Source: Erysipelothrix sp. UBA3377
GTDB taxonomy: Bacteria; Bacillota_I; Bacilli_A; Erysipelotrichales; Erysipelotrichaceae
NCBI GenBank assembly: GCA_002359085.1
Contig: DEQB01000035.1
Span: 1-49,688 of the forward strand
Length of the DNA stretch: 49,688 nt
Reading direction: 5' to 3'
The notes under the pieces are model-generated. The model searched no databases. It had not been told where the DNA came from and was given only the letters and a program-made list of their open reading frames with translations. Both the position numbers and the translations under genes were made by a program. Of this stretch, positions 10,007-19,857 are shown one piece after another. How positions within the stretch are numbered: the first letter of the stretch is position 1; every line of letters starts with the position of its first letter.

Positions 10007-10918
10007 CTAAGCTCCTTCCTCAACGAATCTAAAATAAACTTTTGTAACGCCATTACTGTTTTGAACGGCGTCATCAAGGGTAACACGTTCTCCATTTAGA
10101 TAGAACTCATTCCCTAACATAATTCCCATATGGAACATGACTTCTTTATTGCCTTCAAATACATCGCTATAGACAATCGATTCGCCTTTTGCGTACGTTT
10201 TTGAGACGGGATCTGCAACTTGTTGGTTATTGACCCTTACAGCAATCCATGTTTGGGGTGCCGTGAACTTAACTTCCAATTCAAAAGCATCTGCTTGCGT
10301 CAATCCTGATACCTCAATAATATTGGGCTCAACATATGTTAAGGAAACATTGGGTGTTTCATCCACAATATCACTGGGTTCATCGGGTTCTTCCGTATCC
10401 GGTGTCTTATCATTTGTATCCGGTATAACAATCGGTGGTTTTTCAATGGGTTCTGAATTAAACCAACCCGGTAAATACTTCACACCTACAAAAATCAATA
10501 AGATGACAAGTACCAACGCAGCCAAAACGAAAGAAACAAAAGAAAAATCAATACGTTTTCTCTTTTTAGAAATCGTGGTCTTTATATTTTTAATGTCACC
10601 CTGTTCATGACGCTTACCCCTGATACCGTCATTAATATCAATACGCTTGCGAATTTCACTAACATCCAAGCTTTGAGTAGTCGTTAAAATAATCTTATCC
10701 AAATCATCACGAATTTCATCATAATCAAGATTTACAGCATTCGCATAGTAGCGCACATAATACGCTAAATATGACAAATCTTGCTTAAAAAAATCAACGT
10801 TCCCCGCTTCGATTGCCTTAAGATGTGGTATCAATAACTTTGTTTTTTTGCTGACGTCTTCAATGGAAAGGCCCATATCTTCACGTGCGGCTTTAATTTT
10901 CTTACCAATAGTTTCCAA
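10007..10918 (-). CDS. rodZ: RodZ-like cytoskeletal protein (HTH + TM + extracellular domain)
   Basis: N-terminal HTH (IGKKIKAARE...YVRYYA), single TM, upstream of pgsA. TTG at 10918 follows GAGGGTG. The ATG at 10957 lies only 3 nt from the -10 box. Confidence 0.85.
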   Translation of the reverse strand: METIGKKIKAAREDMGLSIEDVSKKTKLLIPHLKAIEAGNVDFFKQDLSYLAYYVRYYANAVNLDYDEIRDDLDKIILTTTQSLDVSEIRKRIDINDGIRGKRHEQGDIKNIKTTISKKRKRIDFSFVSFVLAALVLVILLIFVGVKYLPGWFNSEPIEKPPIVIPDTNDKTPDTEEPDEPSDIVDETPNVSLTYVEPNIIEVSGLTQADAFELEVKFTAPQTWIAVRVNNQQVADPVSKTYAKGESIVYSDVFEGNKEVMFHMGIMLGNEFYLNGERVTLDDAVQNSNGVTKVYFRFVEEGA

Positions 10919-10960
10919 GTTTACACCCTCTCTTATTAGGTCGTTTGTATTATTCATAAC

Positions 10961-10989
10961 ATTATATCAATCAGTCGTCGTAATTACAA
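10961..10989 (-). promoter_or_regulatory. sigmaA promoter of rodZ-pgsA-recA
   Basis: TTGTAA-17bp-TATAAT with an extended TG. Confidence 0.75.
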
Positions 10990-11025
10990 TCATGCCAAAA
11001 AGTAGTTTTAAAACAAAAAATGCAT

Positions 11026-11372
11026 AGACACGCATTAAGCCATGTTCTGTTAATGATAACCATTTATCTACACAATAATATGTGTCCGGTCTCTTCTTTG
11101 ATTCGTTAAGACCAGCTCCCCTACCAAATTTGGGTTTCTCGCTTGCGGGGTTTACCAACGTTCCACTCACTTAATTTCTTAAATGACTCGTCTCTGTGGC
11201 ACTTTTACAGTCGTTAACCATAGTTAAAACCTTAGGTTAAAGAGCAGCCGTCATAGATGCCTCTATGCCTTAGCTTATTTTTTCGCTAAGCACAAACACT
11301 ACCATCATCACAGATGGTGCGAGCATGGACTTTCCTCTACTAAATAAATAGCAGCGATTATCTTTTGTGTCT
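11026..11372 (-). ncRNA. rnpB: RNase P RNA, type B
   Basis: Reverse complement contains GAGGAAAGTCCATGCTCGC, AAAGTGCCACAGAGACG, GGTAAACCCC and 3' ACAGAACATGGCTTA. P1 helix GACAC/GTGTC. Directly follows gpsB, as in Bacillus. Confidence 0.96.
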
Positions 11373-11376
11373 TATT

Positions 11377-11685
11377 TTATTTTTTATAAACTACTTCTTC
11401 TAATTTTGATATACGTCTTAATAAATCGACATAGGATGGTTGGGGTTCAATACCACTTTGAGCACGCTCTAAACCTTGAGTTACGTGTTGTTTGCGTTTT
11501 TGTTCCGCCAAAGCATTTTCATAGCGATCTAACAATTCTTTTTGTTTTTTGATCAAAGTTTCGAACATTTCATAGTCCTGCATGACCTCATCTAAAAATG
11601 AGTCCACTTCCAATGCATTATAGCCTTGATAATCTATATGAAATTCTTTTTCTAAAATCTTATCAATTGTTAATCTCTGTTTCAT
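11377..11685 (-). CDS. gpsB: Cell division regulator GpsB (DivIVA domain)
   Basis: Motifs ILEKEF...GYNALEVDSFLD and C-terminal DLLRRISKLEEVVY. Divergent from recU. Confidence 0.9.
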   Translation of the reverse strand: MKQRLTIDKILEKEFHIDYQGYNALEVDSFLDEVMQDYEMFETLIKKQKELLDRYENALAEQKRKQHVTQGLERAQSGIEPQPSYVDLLRRISKLEEVVYKK

Positions 11686-11713
11686 CTTATCACTCCATCT
11701 CTATCCGAATCTT

Positions 11714-11742
11714 ATTATCTCAAAAGATTCAGGTAGTTTCAA
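11714..11742 (-). promoter_or_regulatory. Candidate promoter of gpsB-rnpB
   Basis: TTGAAA-17bp-GATAAT with an extended TG. Confidence 0.5.
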
Positions 11743-11817
11743 GTATATTCGTTAAAGCATTCGCCCATAATTTTATACTTTTTCACACATTTATTGTATA
11801 ATAGATACGGTGATAAC

Positions 11818-12408
11818 ATGATACAATATCCAAGTGGACAAGGTCCTTCAAAAACAACGCCAAAAAAAACCAGTACCAGCAATCGCGGAACACACTTAGA
11901 AGACGACATCAATCGTTCAAATGAGTACTACCGTCACAACAAGATTGCGCTTGTGCATAAGAAGCCAACGCCGGTACAAGTAGTGGGCGTTGACTACCCT
12001 TCTAGAAATAAAGTTAGAATCACAGAAGCCTACTATCGAAAGGCATCAACTACGGATTATAACGGTGTTTATAAAGGGTTTTATTTAGATTTTGAATCAA
12101 AGGAAACAAAAAACAAAACATCCTTTCCACTCTCAATGATCCATGATCATCAACTTGATCATTTAAAGTCAGTCATAGAACACAAAGGCATTGCCTTTTT
12201 CATTATTCGATTCACATCACGTAATGAAACATATTTAGTCTATGCTAATGATTTAATTGAGTTTATTAAAAACAATGAACGTAAATCCATACCCATTGCT
12301 TGGTTTAATAAACAAGCATATCTTATAAATATGCGATACCAAATACCCTGTGACTACATTGAAATAATAGAAAAACATATCCATGAGGTGAATAACAATG
12401 GACAATGA
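11818..12408 (+). CDS. recU: Holliday junction resolvase RecU
   Basis: Motifs MIQYPSG, NRG, HKKPTP, STTDYNG and DFESKET. Confidence 0.96.
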   Translation: MIQYPSGQGPSKTTPKKTSTSNRGTHLEDDINRSNEYYRHNKIALVHKKPTPVQVVGVDYPSRNKVRITEAYYRKASTTDYNGVYKGFYLDFESKETKNKTSFPLSMIHDHQLDHLKSVIEHKGIAFFIIRFTSRNETYLVYANDLIEFIKNNERKSIPIAWFNKQAYLINMRYQIPCDYIEIIEKHIHEVNNNGQ

Positions 12409-15400
12409 ACGTACCAAAGAATTAAATATACTGGAACTAAAAACTGGTCCTGACCAGAACGGCAAAGGAGATAACATGTCAAAAAAGAAACCAAAAACCA
12501 ATAAAAAGAAACGCGTAACGGGCGCTAAAGTCTTTGCGAGTTTCATTTCATTTGCGGCCGTCGCTTTCATAGCAGGTGTTGTGGTTGTGAGTTTGTTTAT
12601 CGTTTCAACGATCGCTCAAACCCCACCCATTTCCGCCGATGATTTCATTCAAAACGATTCAACCATTGTATTAGATGCAAGTGGTAACGTTATTTATGAC
12701 TTGGGTGAAAAGCTCATTGAAACCGTTGAATACGAAGATATATCACAATCTCTAATCGATGCTTTTGTCTCAATTGAAGATTCAAGATTCTTTGAACACA
12801 ATGGCTTTGACTTACCCCGCTTTACTTCAGCGATGCTTAAAAACGTGATGGTCACCCTTCAAACGATGAACTTATCATTTGATGGTGGGGGTGCTTCAAC
12901 CATTGACATGCAATTGGTACGTAATGCCCTTTTAACTGAAGAAAACGTTGAAACAGGTGAAGTTGAACTTCCCGCTTCAAGTGGTCTTGATGGTATCAGA
13001 CGTAAGATTAAAGAAATTTATTATGCAACCTTATTAAACAACGAAAGTATTTTAGACAAGAAAGCCATTTTCCAAAAATATGTCAATGAGATTTGGTTTG
13101 GGAGTGGCAACAACACACTGGGAGTTGAAAAAGCTGCCATGTACTACTTCGATAAAAGCGTATCCGATTTAACATTGGTAGAGTCCGCCTTTCTGGCAGG
13201 TGTTGTGAATGCCCCCAATTTATATTCTCCCTACAAGAGTCTTACTTTGGCTACGGAGCGAACACATACCGTACTTTATTATATGAACTACCATGGTTAT
13301 ATTGATGATTATGAATATGAACAAGCCCTTAAGATTCCTTTGGAAAACTTATTTGTGCAACAAAGCCTTACTTCAGAAGATGCGATGCCAAATCAGGCAT
13401 ATATCGATGTGGTCTTGGATGAAGTTGAAGCGTTGACGGGATTAAATCCAGCAACAACACCCATGATCATTCAAACGGCCATGAATACTGAGTTACAATC
13501 ACAATTAGATCTTGTACAAAATAGAGAAATTGCCAACCTTGATATCCGTCAAGTGGGTAACAGCCCCATTCAAATTGCTGCCACGGTTGTTGAAAATTCA
13601 ACCGGTGAAATTATCGGTATTGTCGGAGGGTATGACTACTATGGTCAACGTGTATTTAACCGTTCATACCACGGACTTTACCAACCAGGTTCAACCGCAA
13701 AACCTTTTATATCCTATGCACCTGCATTTGAATTTCTGGGTTATGCGACAAGCCATACTTTCTTAGATGGCCCTTATGTTTGGCAAGGTACAAATATCCA
13801 ACTGAATAACTGGGATAACCGTTATCGTGGACAAGTAACCCTTAGAGAAGCGATTTCACAATCATACAACATTCCAGCCGTCCTTACCTATGATGCTGTC
13901 AATGATAAAATTGGGCACTCACGTTATGTTGACTATGTAGAATCCATTGGTTTTGTAAGCTATGCCAACAACTTAAATGCATGGTTTGAAGCCATTGATG
14001 ATTCACGCCAAGGTAATGGACGCGATGCATTATCTGCTCAATTTGCGATTGGTGGATCCGATTTTTATACAAACACCCAAGAGCTTGCGGGTGCAACAGC
14101 GATGATCATGAACGGTGGCGATTATGTAACGCCCCATACGATTCGTGAAGTAACCATCGTCAATACGGGACAAGTTATTGAGTCCCCTTATAAAGCAACA
14201 CCCGTCTTATCGGAAGCTGCAGCTTATCTAACTGCCAAAACGATGCGCGATGTTGTGGACGACAACCGCGGTATTGACGCAACCCGTTATGTATCAAAGA
14301 GTTATACAACTTACGCAAAAACCGGTACTTCTAACTGGAGTTCAGATGACTCCGCCACTTATGGCGTACCTGCTGGATCCGCAAAAGATAGACTTTTACT
14401 CACCGGTACTGACAAAATAAGTATTGCTTCATGGTCTGGTTTCGATGCTGAAGAAATTAATAAAAAAGATGGTAAATCTTATTTCTCAAATGCTGAAAAG
14501 AATTTCCAAATTCAAAGTAGATTGAATGGATTTGTCCTTGATATTCTTGAGGATTACTATGGACCGGGTCAAACAATACCGCAACCTTCAACGGTTAAAG
14601 AGATTACACATATTTTGGGGTCCTTCCCCTATCAATCTCCAATCGCTGGTATGAACGAAAACCTCATTACCTCTGGACTTGTTAAAGCTGAAGCAGCTTC
14701 ACTGGTTCCGGCCACACCTCCTGAACTGGATTCCTTATCCAATTCAAGTGTGTCCGTAGAATCTTCCAGATTAAACAATGTGGTCAACATTACATTTGCG
14801 AAATATCCAGATGAAGAAAAACTAATCAAAGCACCAGATACAATTGAAATGACATCCGGAAACAGAACGTATACTGGTAAACGATTATATGATGCCTCAT
14901 GGATCTTTGGTCCCGTACGATATCAATCAGATATCATACTTAATGGTGAAATTATTGAAACCATTCAAAGTGATACAGAGACGCAACAATTCACGGTTCC
15001 CCTCAATACGTTTGGAACGATGGAAGTATGTACGTATTATACCTTTGAACTCAACACGGATGCTGTTTCTAATAAAATATGTCACCCGGTTGATTTGGCA
15101 GATGTTTCTGTTCGTGTACCTTCTTTTGGAACACTGGACGACTTAAATTACTTTGCGAACAACTACGAACTTAAGATCAACGTAACGTATCGTAATGAAG
15201 CGAACCCAAACAGTTACAATCGCGTGTTAGAATTAAATCCAAACCATCAAAAGAAAACTGTAAAAGTATCAGAAATCTATAACAAAACATGGGACGCCGT
15301 TATTGGAGATCACGAAATCGTGGTCAACGATATCATTGGATCATCCGCCCGTAATTTCTACTTATCTTATAGAAATTATTTAAACATTGATATGCCCTCT

Positions 15401-15502
15401 AGTGGTAATATCACAAAAATTGTTGATTCAAGCGGTAATCCCATAAACTCTATTAGACTCTCTACCTATGATGGTGGTAAAATTACTTTAGTTACAGAAT
15501 AG
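12398..15502 (+). CDS. ponA: Class A penicillin-binding protein (PBP1A); alternative start at 12476
   Basis: Transglycosylase motifs EDSRFFEHNG, GASTIDMQLVRN and RKIKE. Transpeptidase motifs STAK, SYN and KTG. recU-ponA synteny. Confidence 0.93.
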   Translation: MDNERTKELNILELKTGPDQNGKGDNMSKKKPKTNKKKRVTGAKVFASFISFAAVAFIAGVVVVSLFIVSTIAQTPPISADDFIQNDSTIVLDASGNVIYDLGEKLIETVEYEDISQSLIDAFVSIEDSRFFEHNGFDLPRFTSAMLKNVMVTLQTMNLSFDGGGASTIDMQLVRNALLTEENVETGEVELPASSGLDGIRRKIKEIYYATLLNNESILDKKAIFQKYVNEIWFGSGNNTLGVEKAAMYYFDKSVSDLTLVESAFLAGVVNAPNLYSPYKSLTLATERTHTVLYYMNYHGYIDDYEYEQALKIPLENLFVQQSLTSEDAMPNQAYIDVVLDEVEALTGLNPATTPMIIQTAMNTELQSQLDLVQNREIANLDIRQVGNSPIQIAATVVENSTGEIIGIVGGYDYYGQRVFNRSYHGLYQPGSTAKPFISYAPAFEFLGYATSHTFLDGPYVWQGTNIQLNNWDNRYRGQVTLREAISQSYNIPAVLTYDAVNDKIGHSRYVDYVESIGFVSYANNLNAWFEAIDDSRQGNGRDALSAQFAIGGSDFYTNTQELAGATAMIMNGGDYVTPHTIREVTIVNTGQVIESPYKATPVLSEAAAYLTAKTMRDVVDDNRGIDATRYVSKSYTTYAKTGTSNWSSDDSATYGVPAGSAKDRLLLTGTDKISIASWSGFDAEEINKKDGKSYFSNAEKNFQIQSRLNGFVLDILEDYYGPGQTIPQPSTVKEITHILGSFPYQSPIAGMNENLITSGLVKAEAASLVPATPPELDSLSNSSVSVESSRLNNVVNITFAKYPDEEKLIKAPDTIEMTSGNRTYTGKRLYDASWIFGPVRYQSDIILNGEIIETIQSDTETQQFTVPLNTFGTMEVCTYYTFELNTDAVSNKICHPVDLADVSVRVPSFGTLDDLNYFANNYELKINVTYRNEANPNSYNRVLELNPNHQKKTVKVSEIYNKTWDAVIGDHEIVVNDIIGSSARNFYLSYRNYLNIDMPSSGNITKIVDSSGNPINSIRLSTYDGGKITLVTE

Positions 15503-15522
15503 GGGGCCCGTCCCCCTTTTTT
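15501..15522 (+). terminator. Terminator after ponA
   Basis: AGGGGG-CCCGT-CCCCCT followed by a T-tract. Confidence 0.7.
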
Positions 15523-15538
15523 CTTTATCAGGAGGCTT

Positions 15539-17491
15539 ATGAAACGATATCTCAAGCAGTTATATCTGTATTTAATACCACTCTTACTATTTGAATTTAC
15601 GTTCAGAATACAGGAAATAGAAGCAGCGCGTTTCTCATTTCAAATGCGTTCTTTTCTTTATGCATTATTCTTAAGTTTATGTTTACTCACCATCAACCTC
15701 ACAAAATTTAAGAAGATTTCAAAAACGATTACTCTCATGGTCTTCATTTTCATTGCCTTTTACTTTTTCATTCAAACTGGCATCAAAGATTATTATGGCA
15801 CTTTTTTTTCATCACGATTTTTGATAGCTGGAACACCTGATGTTCAAAGTTATGCTTTTGACTTCATTAAATTTTTGAAACTCAAACATTTTCTTTATCT
15901 GTTATACGGCATGCTTGCGATCATTTCATACCTGAAGTGGGTTGATACAGATTTGAAATTTAACTTCCTTTCAATAATCTCAGTTTTGGTTGTATTCGGT
16001 ATGTATATCAGTTCTCTTGTTTGGATGGACCCTACCTTCGTATTCGAAAAATCGATGTTGCTATTCAAAAACCCCTACTATACCGAACTCTCAATTCATC
16101 AATTGGGTTTGCAGGGATTTATGATTTCTGATTTACAATACATAGCCTTCCCAAAGCGTGCATTAATTGAGGAAGAGATTATTATAGAAACTCCTGAACC
16201 CAAACCAGAAGAAAAAGAACCTGATCTTTTATTAAACAGAACCTTTGATGATACAGCTTGGATTACGCAAATGGAAGCTGAAACAGATACAACACTTAAA
16301 AATATTGATCAATATCTCTTGAATCAATCCATAACGCCTCGCAATGAAAAAACGGGTATCTATAAAGATAAGCACTTGATTTTATTTTTAGTTGAAGCCT
16401 TTGATATGATTGCGATTGATAAAGATTTAACACCTACTTTATTTAAACTGAAGACCCAAGGTTCATATTTTAATAATTTTTACTCGCCGCAGTATAACTG
16501 CGCAACGGCTGAAAGTGAATTGATGGTCTTAACAGGTACCTATCCTGTAAACAGTATTTGTACGATGAACACGTATACAAAAAATGCGACGCCTCAGACC
16601 ATATTCAATATGTTCAGAAAACAAAATTATGAAACGCAATCCTACCATAACTGGAACGATCAATTTTATGCGCGGAGTGTTTATCAGCCGCTGTTGGGTT
16701 CTCAAAACTATCAAGATGAAACTACCACCATTCCTCGATTGATAAAAGGGTGGCAAAGTGATTTGACGATGATGGAGAAAGTCGTTGCGGACTTAAATCA
16801 AAAAGAAGGCCAACAAATGACCTTCGTGATAACTTCTACCACACACTTCCCTTATGATAAAGATTCTTATCTGGGTAATAAGTATCTACAGGAAGTATCG
16901 CGTGTGTATCCAAATGCACCCATGCATATCAAACGCTATTTATCTAAAGCCATAGAACTTGATAAATCCATTGAATATTTACTCAATAACTATAAGGATA
17001 TTGATAATACCGTTTTGGCATTGTTTTCAGATCACAGACCCCTCAACATGCCCCTTGAATATTTAAAGTCTTATTCAGAGGTGGATCGATCTCAATTTGT
17101 GGGATATGAAAAAACACCGTTTATTGTGTATACACCCAATCAAAATCATGAAACCATCTCAACCCCTTCCAGTACCATTGATATCGCCCCTACACTTGGT
17201 AATTTGTTTGATTTGGAGTATGATCCCAGATTGTTCTTTGGAAAAGATATCTATAGTAGTGATGAGAATGTTGTCATCTTTCAAGGGGGCAGTTGGATTG
17301 ACAGTAAGGGTTACTTCAATGTGAATACCGCAACTTTTATCCCTTTTAATAAAGAGGATACGCATACAGTTGAAGTGATTCAAACGATGAATCAAAAAGT
17401 GAAAGCGAAACGGAATATCTCATCTCAAATCTATCAAAATGGTTATTATTCTAAGCGTGCTTTCTTATTGGAGGCGCATAAGTCCTACTAG
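15539..17491 (+). CDS. ltaS: LTA synthase family protein (alkaline phosphatase/sulfatase fold)
   Basis: About 5 N-terminal TMs. Catalytic-type motifs LVEAF, ATAESE, THFPY and SDH. Confidence 0.82.
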   Translation: MKRYLKQLYLYLIPLLLFEFTFRIQEIEAARFSFQMRSFLYALFLSLCLLTINLTKFKKISKTITLMVFIFIAFYFFIQTGIKDYYGTFFSSRFLIAGTPDVQSYAFDFIKFLKLKHFLYLLYGMLAIISYLKWVDTDLKFNFLSIISVLVVFGMYISSLVWMDPTFVFEKSMLLFKNPYYTELSIHQLGLQGFMISDLQYIAFPKRALIEEEIIIETPEPKPEEKEPDLLLNRTFDDTAWITQMEAETDTTLKNIDQYLLNQSITPRNEKTGIYKDKHLILFLVEAFDMIAIDKDLTPTLFKLKTQGSYFNNFYSPQYNCATAESELMVLTGTYPVNSICTMNTYTKNATPQTIFNMFRKQNYETQSYHNWNDQFYARSVYQPLLGSQNYQDETTTIPRLIKGWQSDLTMMEKVVADLNQKEGQQMTFVITSTTHFPYDKDSYLGNKYLQEVSRVYPNAPMHIKRYLSKAIELDKSIEYLLNNYKDIDNTVLALFSDHRPLNMPLEYLKSYSEVDRSQFVGYEKTPFIVYTPNQNHETISTPSSTIDIAPTLGNLFDLEYDPRLFFGKDIYSSDENVVIFQGGSWIDSKGYFNVNTATFIPFNKEDTHTVEVIQTMNQKVKAKRNISSQIYQNGYYSKRAFLLEAHKSY

Positions 17492-17536
17492 TATGGGACT
17501 TTTTTTTAAAAAAAAAGACTGAACCAAATCAGTCTT
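17480..17536. terminator. Back-to-back terminators of convergent ltaS (+) and ddl (-)
   Basis: AGTCCTAC...GTATGGGACT plus T-tract on the plus strand. AAGACTGA...TCAGTCTT plus T-tract on the minus strand. Confidence 0.75.
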
Positions 17537-18542
17537 GTAAATCTTCAATTAAGGCTTCAATCAAATCACGATACTCCATGCCCTCTTTTTCAATAAGCAT
17601 GGGATATAAGGATACGCTTGTAAAGCCGGGAATCGTATTAATTTCATTAAAATAAATTGTTTCATCTTCTGTCACAAAGAAGTCTGCACGTGAAATATGC
17701 GCACAATCCAGTAAATCAAAGATGAAGGATGCCTGTTGTTTTACAGATGCTAACGTTTCTTTGGAATAAGGTGGATCAAAGAGATTCTCTTGAACATTTG
17801 AAACGTATTTTTCTTCAAAATCCGCAATGGGTTTGAAACGTGTTGCTTGAACTGGATGGGAAACAATATGATGTTTCTTGGTTTTTAAAATGGCTACAGA
17901 CAATTCTTGTCCATTAATATACGCTTCAATCAAAACACGTTCATCATAGTGAAGCGCAACTTTAACGGCTTCTTTAAGTTCAGTGACATTTTCTACATAA
18001 CTGATCCCAAAGGAAGATCCTTCCCTGCTGGGTTTGACCACACATGGATACGTCAGTAAATCATGATCAATATCTTCATACGAACCAATCAATTGGTAGG
18101 GCGCCATATTAATGCCCGCCTGCTCACATATCTTATGGGTAATGTCTTTATCCATACAGACAGCAGAACTGGTCATCTTCGAGCCTGTAAAGGGTATATT
18201 CGCCATCTCAAGCATGCCTTGGATCATACCCCCTTCACCAACGGGTCCATGGAGTATCAAGAGTGCCCCATCAATTTCAAGGGGTGTCATTGTTTTTTCT
18301 TCATAAAGCCCAACACCTGCATCTTTAAACTTAAAGATCAATTCGCTTTCTTTTGGAAAGTCTTTATTGGTAAAGTTATCGTTAGTAAAATTACCTGTAA
18401 TCCATAAACCATCTTTTTGAATATAAATGGGCAAGCAGTTGTATTTATCTTTGGGAAAATTTTTAAACACACTGGCTGCAGATTCAACAGATATATCATG
18501 TTCACTATCTGTAGAACCAAATATTAATCCGATTGTTTTCAT
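17529..18542 (-). CDS. ddl: D-alanine--D-alanine (D-Ala:D-X) ligase, divergent
   Basis: Motifs SEHDIS, LHGPVGEGGMIQG, KPSREGSSFGI, DFEEKY, RADFF and NEINTIPGFT. Confidence 0.92.
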   Translation of the reverse strand: MKTIGLIFGSTDSEHDISVESAASVFKNFPKDKYNCLPIYIQKDGLWITGNFTNDNFTNKDFPKESELIFKFKDAGVGLYEEKTMTPLEIDGALLILHGPVGEGGMIQGMLEMANIPFTGSKMTSSAVCMDKDITHKICEQAGINMAPYQLIGSYEDIDHDLLTYPCVVKPSREGSSFGISYVENVTELKEAVKVALHYDERVLIEAYINGQELSVAILKTKKHHIVSHPVQATRFKPIADFEEKYVSNVQENLFDPPYSKETLASVKQQASFIFDLLDCAHISRADFFVTEDETIYFNEINTIPGFTSVSLYPMLIEKEGMEYRDLIEALIEDLQD

Positions 18543-18543
18543 T

Positions 18544-19857
18544 TTATTCACCTTCTAAAAGTCTTTCTAATTCATAGTAGCGTGAGCCCTTCATTAAAAT
18601 GAAAGTATCCGTTTTAAAATAAGGTTGAATCGCTTCTTTTAAAGCCTCAAAGGTTTTAAAATGAGTAACACGCTCATCCTTAATGTCTTGATGGGCCCGT
18701 CCAAATTCTTCACCCAAAAGAAATATCTTATCTGTGCTCTGAGAAATGGCTTGATTTAAAACATTGTGGTGATGGATTTCAGTTCCAACTCCCAGTTGAT
18801 ACATATCAGCCAATACAATAACGCGATACGCATTTGATGTATACTTCTCAAATAAATTAAGGGCTGCTTCCATACTCTTTGGGCTTGCTTTATAAGCATC
18901 AAAAAGGATGGTTGCGTTTTTATACGTATAAATCTCTGTACGCATTGAAGTCAACATGACATTTTGCAAGCCATGATTGATCACATCATCATTCACACCC
19001 AAATGACGCAAAAGTGCAATTGCACCTGCAGCATTTGAAGCCTGGTGTGTTCCCAGTAAATTCGTTTCATAGTGACGATCATTGACCCTAAAATCCATCT
19101 TATCGCCATGAATATCTACATCATGAACCACAAATTCATTGTCTTGTTTAAAACCAAATGAACGATGGTCTGTCGCATAAGATCTAAACCAACTGACATC
19201 CCCTTGGTAGAAACATCTGCGTTTATCTTCTATAGTTTCAAATATTGAGAATTTCTCTTGAGCAAGTACTTCAATATCATCATTGAAGTTATCCATATGG
19301 GCTTGGTCCAAACTTGTTAAAATCGCAGATGTTGGTTTGACTAATTTTAACATCTTCTCAATTTCACCTGGTAAATCAAGTCCCATCTCAAAGATACCGT
19401 ATTTGGTCGTTTCATCCATTCTAAAGAGTGTCAAACATGATCCAATTTCAGTATTTTGGTTCTCAAATGTCGCGATGGTGGGTGCGATATTTACCAATAC
19501 GGAATGTAGAATATCTTTGGTAGAAGTTTTACCATTACTACCTGTTATGGCAATGGCCTCGATATTCAACATATTTCGGTAGGTTTTCGCAAATTCAAAC
19601 ATCCCCAATAACGTGTCAGGTACCAAGATTTGTGAAATATTCAAATCAAGTTGACGGTCTACCAGTAAGGCAGTTGCGCCTTTATCAATCGCATTTTGCG
19701 CATAGTCATGACCATCCACGCGTTCACCGACAAGACATACAAATAAATCATCTTTCGACACATGTCTAGAGTCTACGCTTATGCCCTTCACAAATGCATT
19801 CCCAATTACATCTGCACCTAACATTTTACCAATTTCTAAAGTTGACATTTTTATCAT
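18544..19857 (-). CDS. murF: UDP-MurNAc-tripeptide--D-Ala-D-Ala ligase
   Basis: Motifs DSR, GERVDGHDY, ITGSNGKTSTK, EMG and MKGSR. Adjacent to ddl. Confidence 0.92.
   Translation of the reverse strand: MIKMSTLEIGKMLGADVIGNAFVKGISVDSRHVSKDDLFVCLVGERVDGHDYAQNAIDKGATALLVDRQLDLNISQILVPDTLLGMFEFAKTYRNMLNIEAIAITGSNGKTSTKDILHSVLVNIAPTIATFENQNTEIGSCLTLFRMDETTKYGIFEMGLDLPGEIEKMLKLVKPTSAILTSLDQAHMDNFNDDIEVLAQEKFSIFETIEDKRRCFYQGDVSWFRSYATDHRSFGFKQDNEFVVHDVDIHGDKMDFRVNDRHYETNLLGTHQASNAAGAIALLRHLGVNDDVINHGLQNVMLTSMRTEIYTYKNATILFDAYKASPKSMEAALNLFEKYTSNAYRVIVLADMYQLGVGTEIHHHNVLNQAISQSTDKIFLLGEEFGRAHQDIKDERVTHFKTFEALKEAIQPYFKTDTFILMKGSRYYELERLLEGE

Noticed and set aside
10967..11170. 67-aa ORF in the track
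   Set aside because: It lies within the RNase P RNA gene and the rodZ promoter, so it is spurious.
17500..17516. T8/A9 homopolymer run as a phase-variation tract
   Set aside because: It is intergenic and is simply the abutting U-tracts of two convergent terminators.
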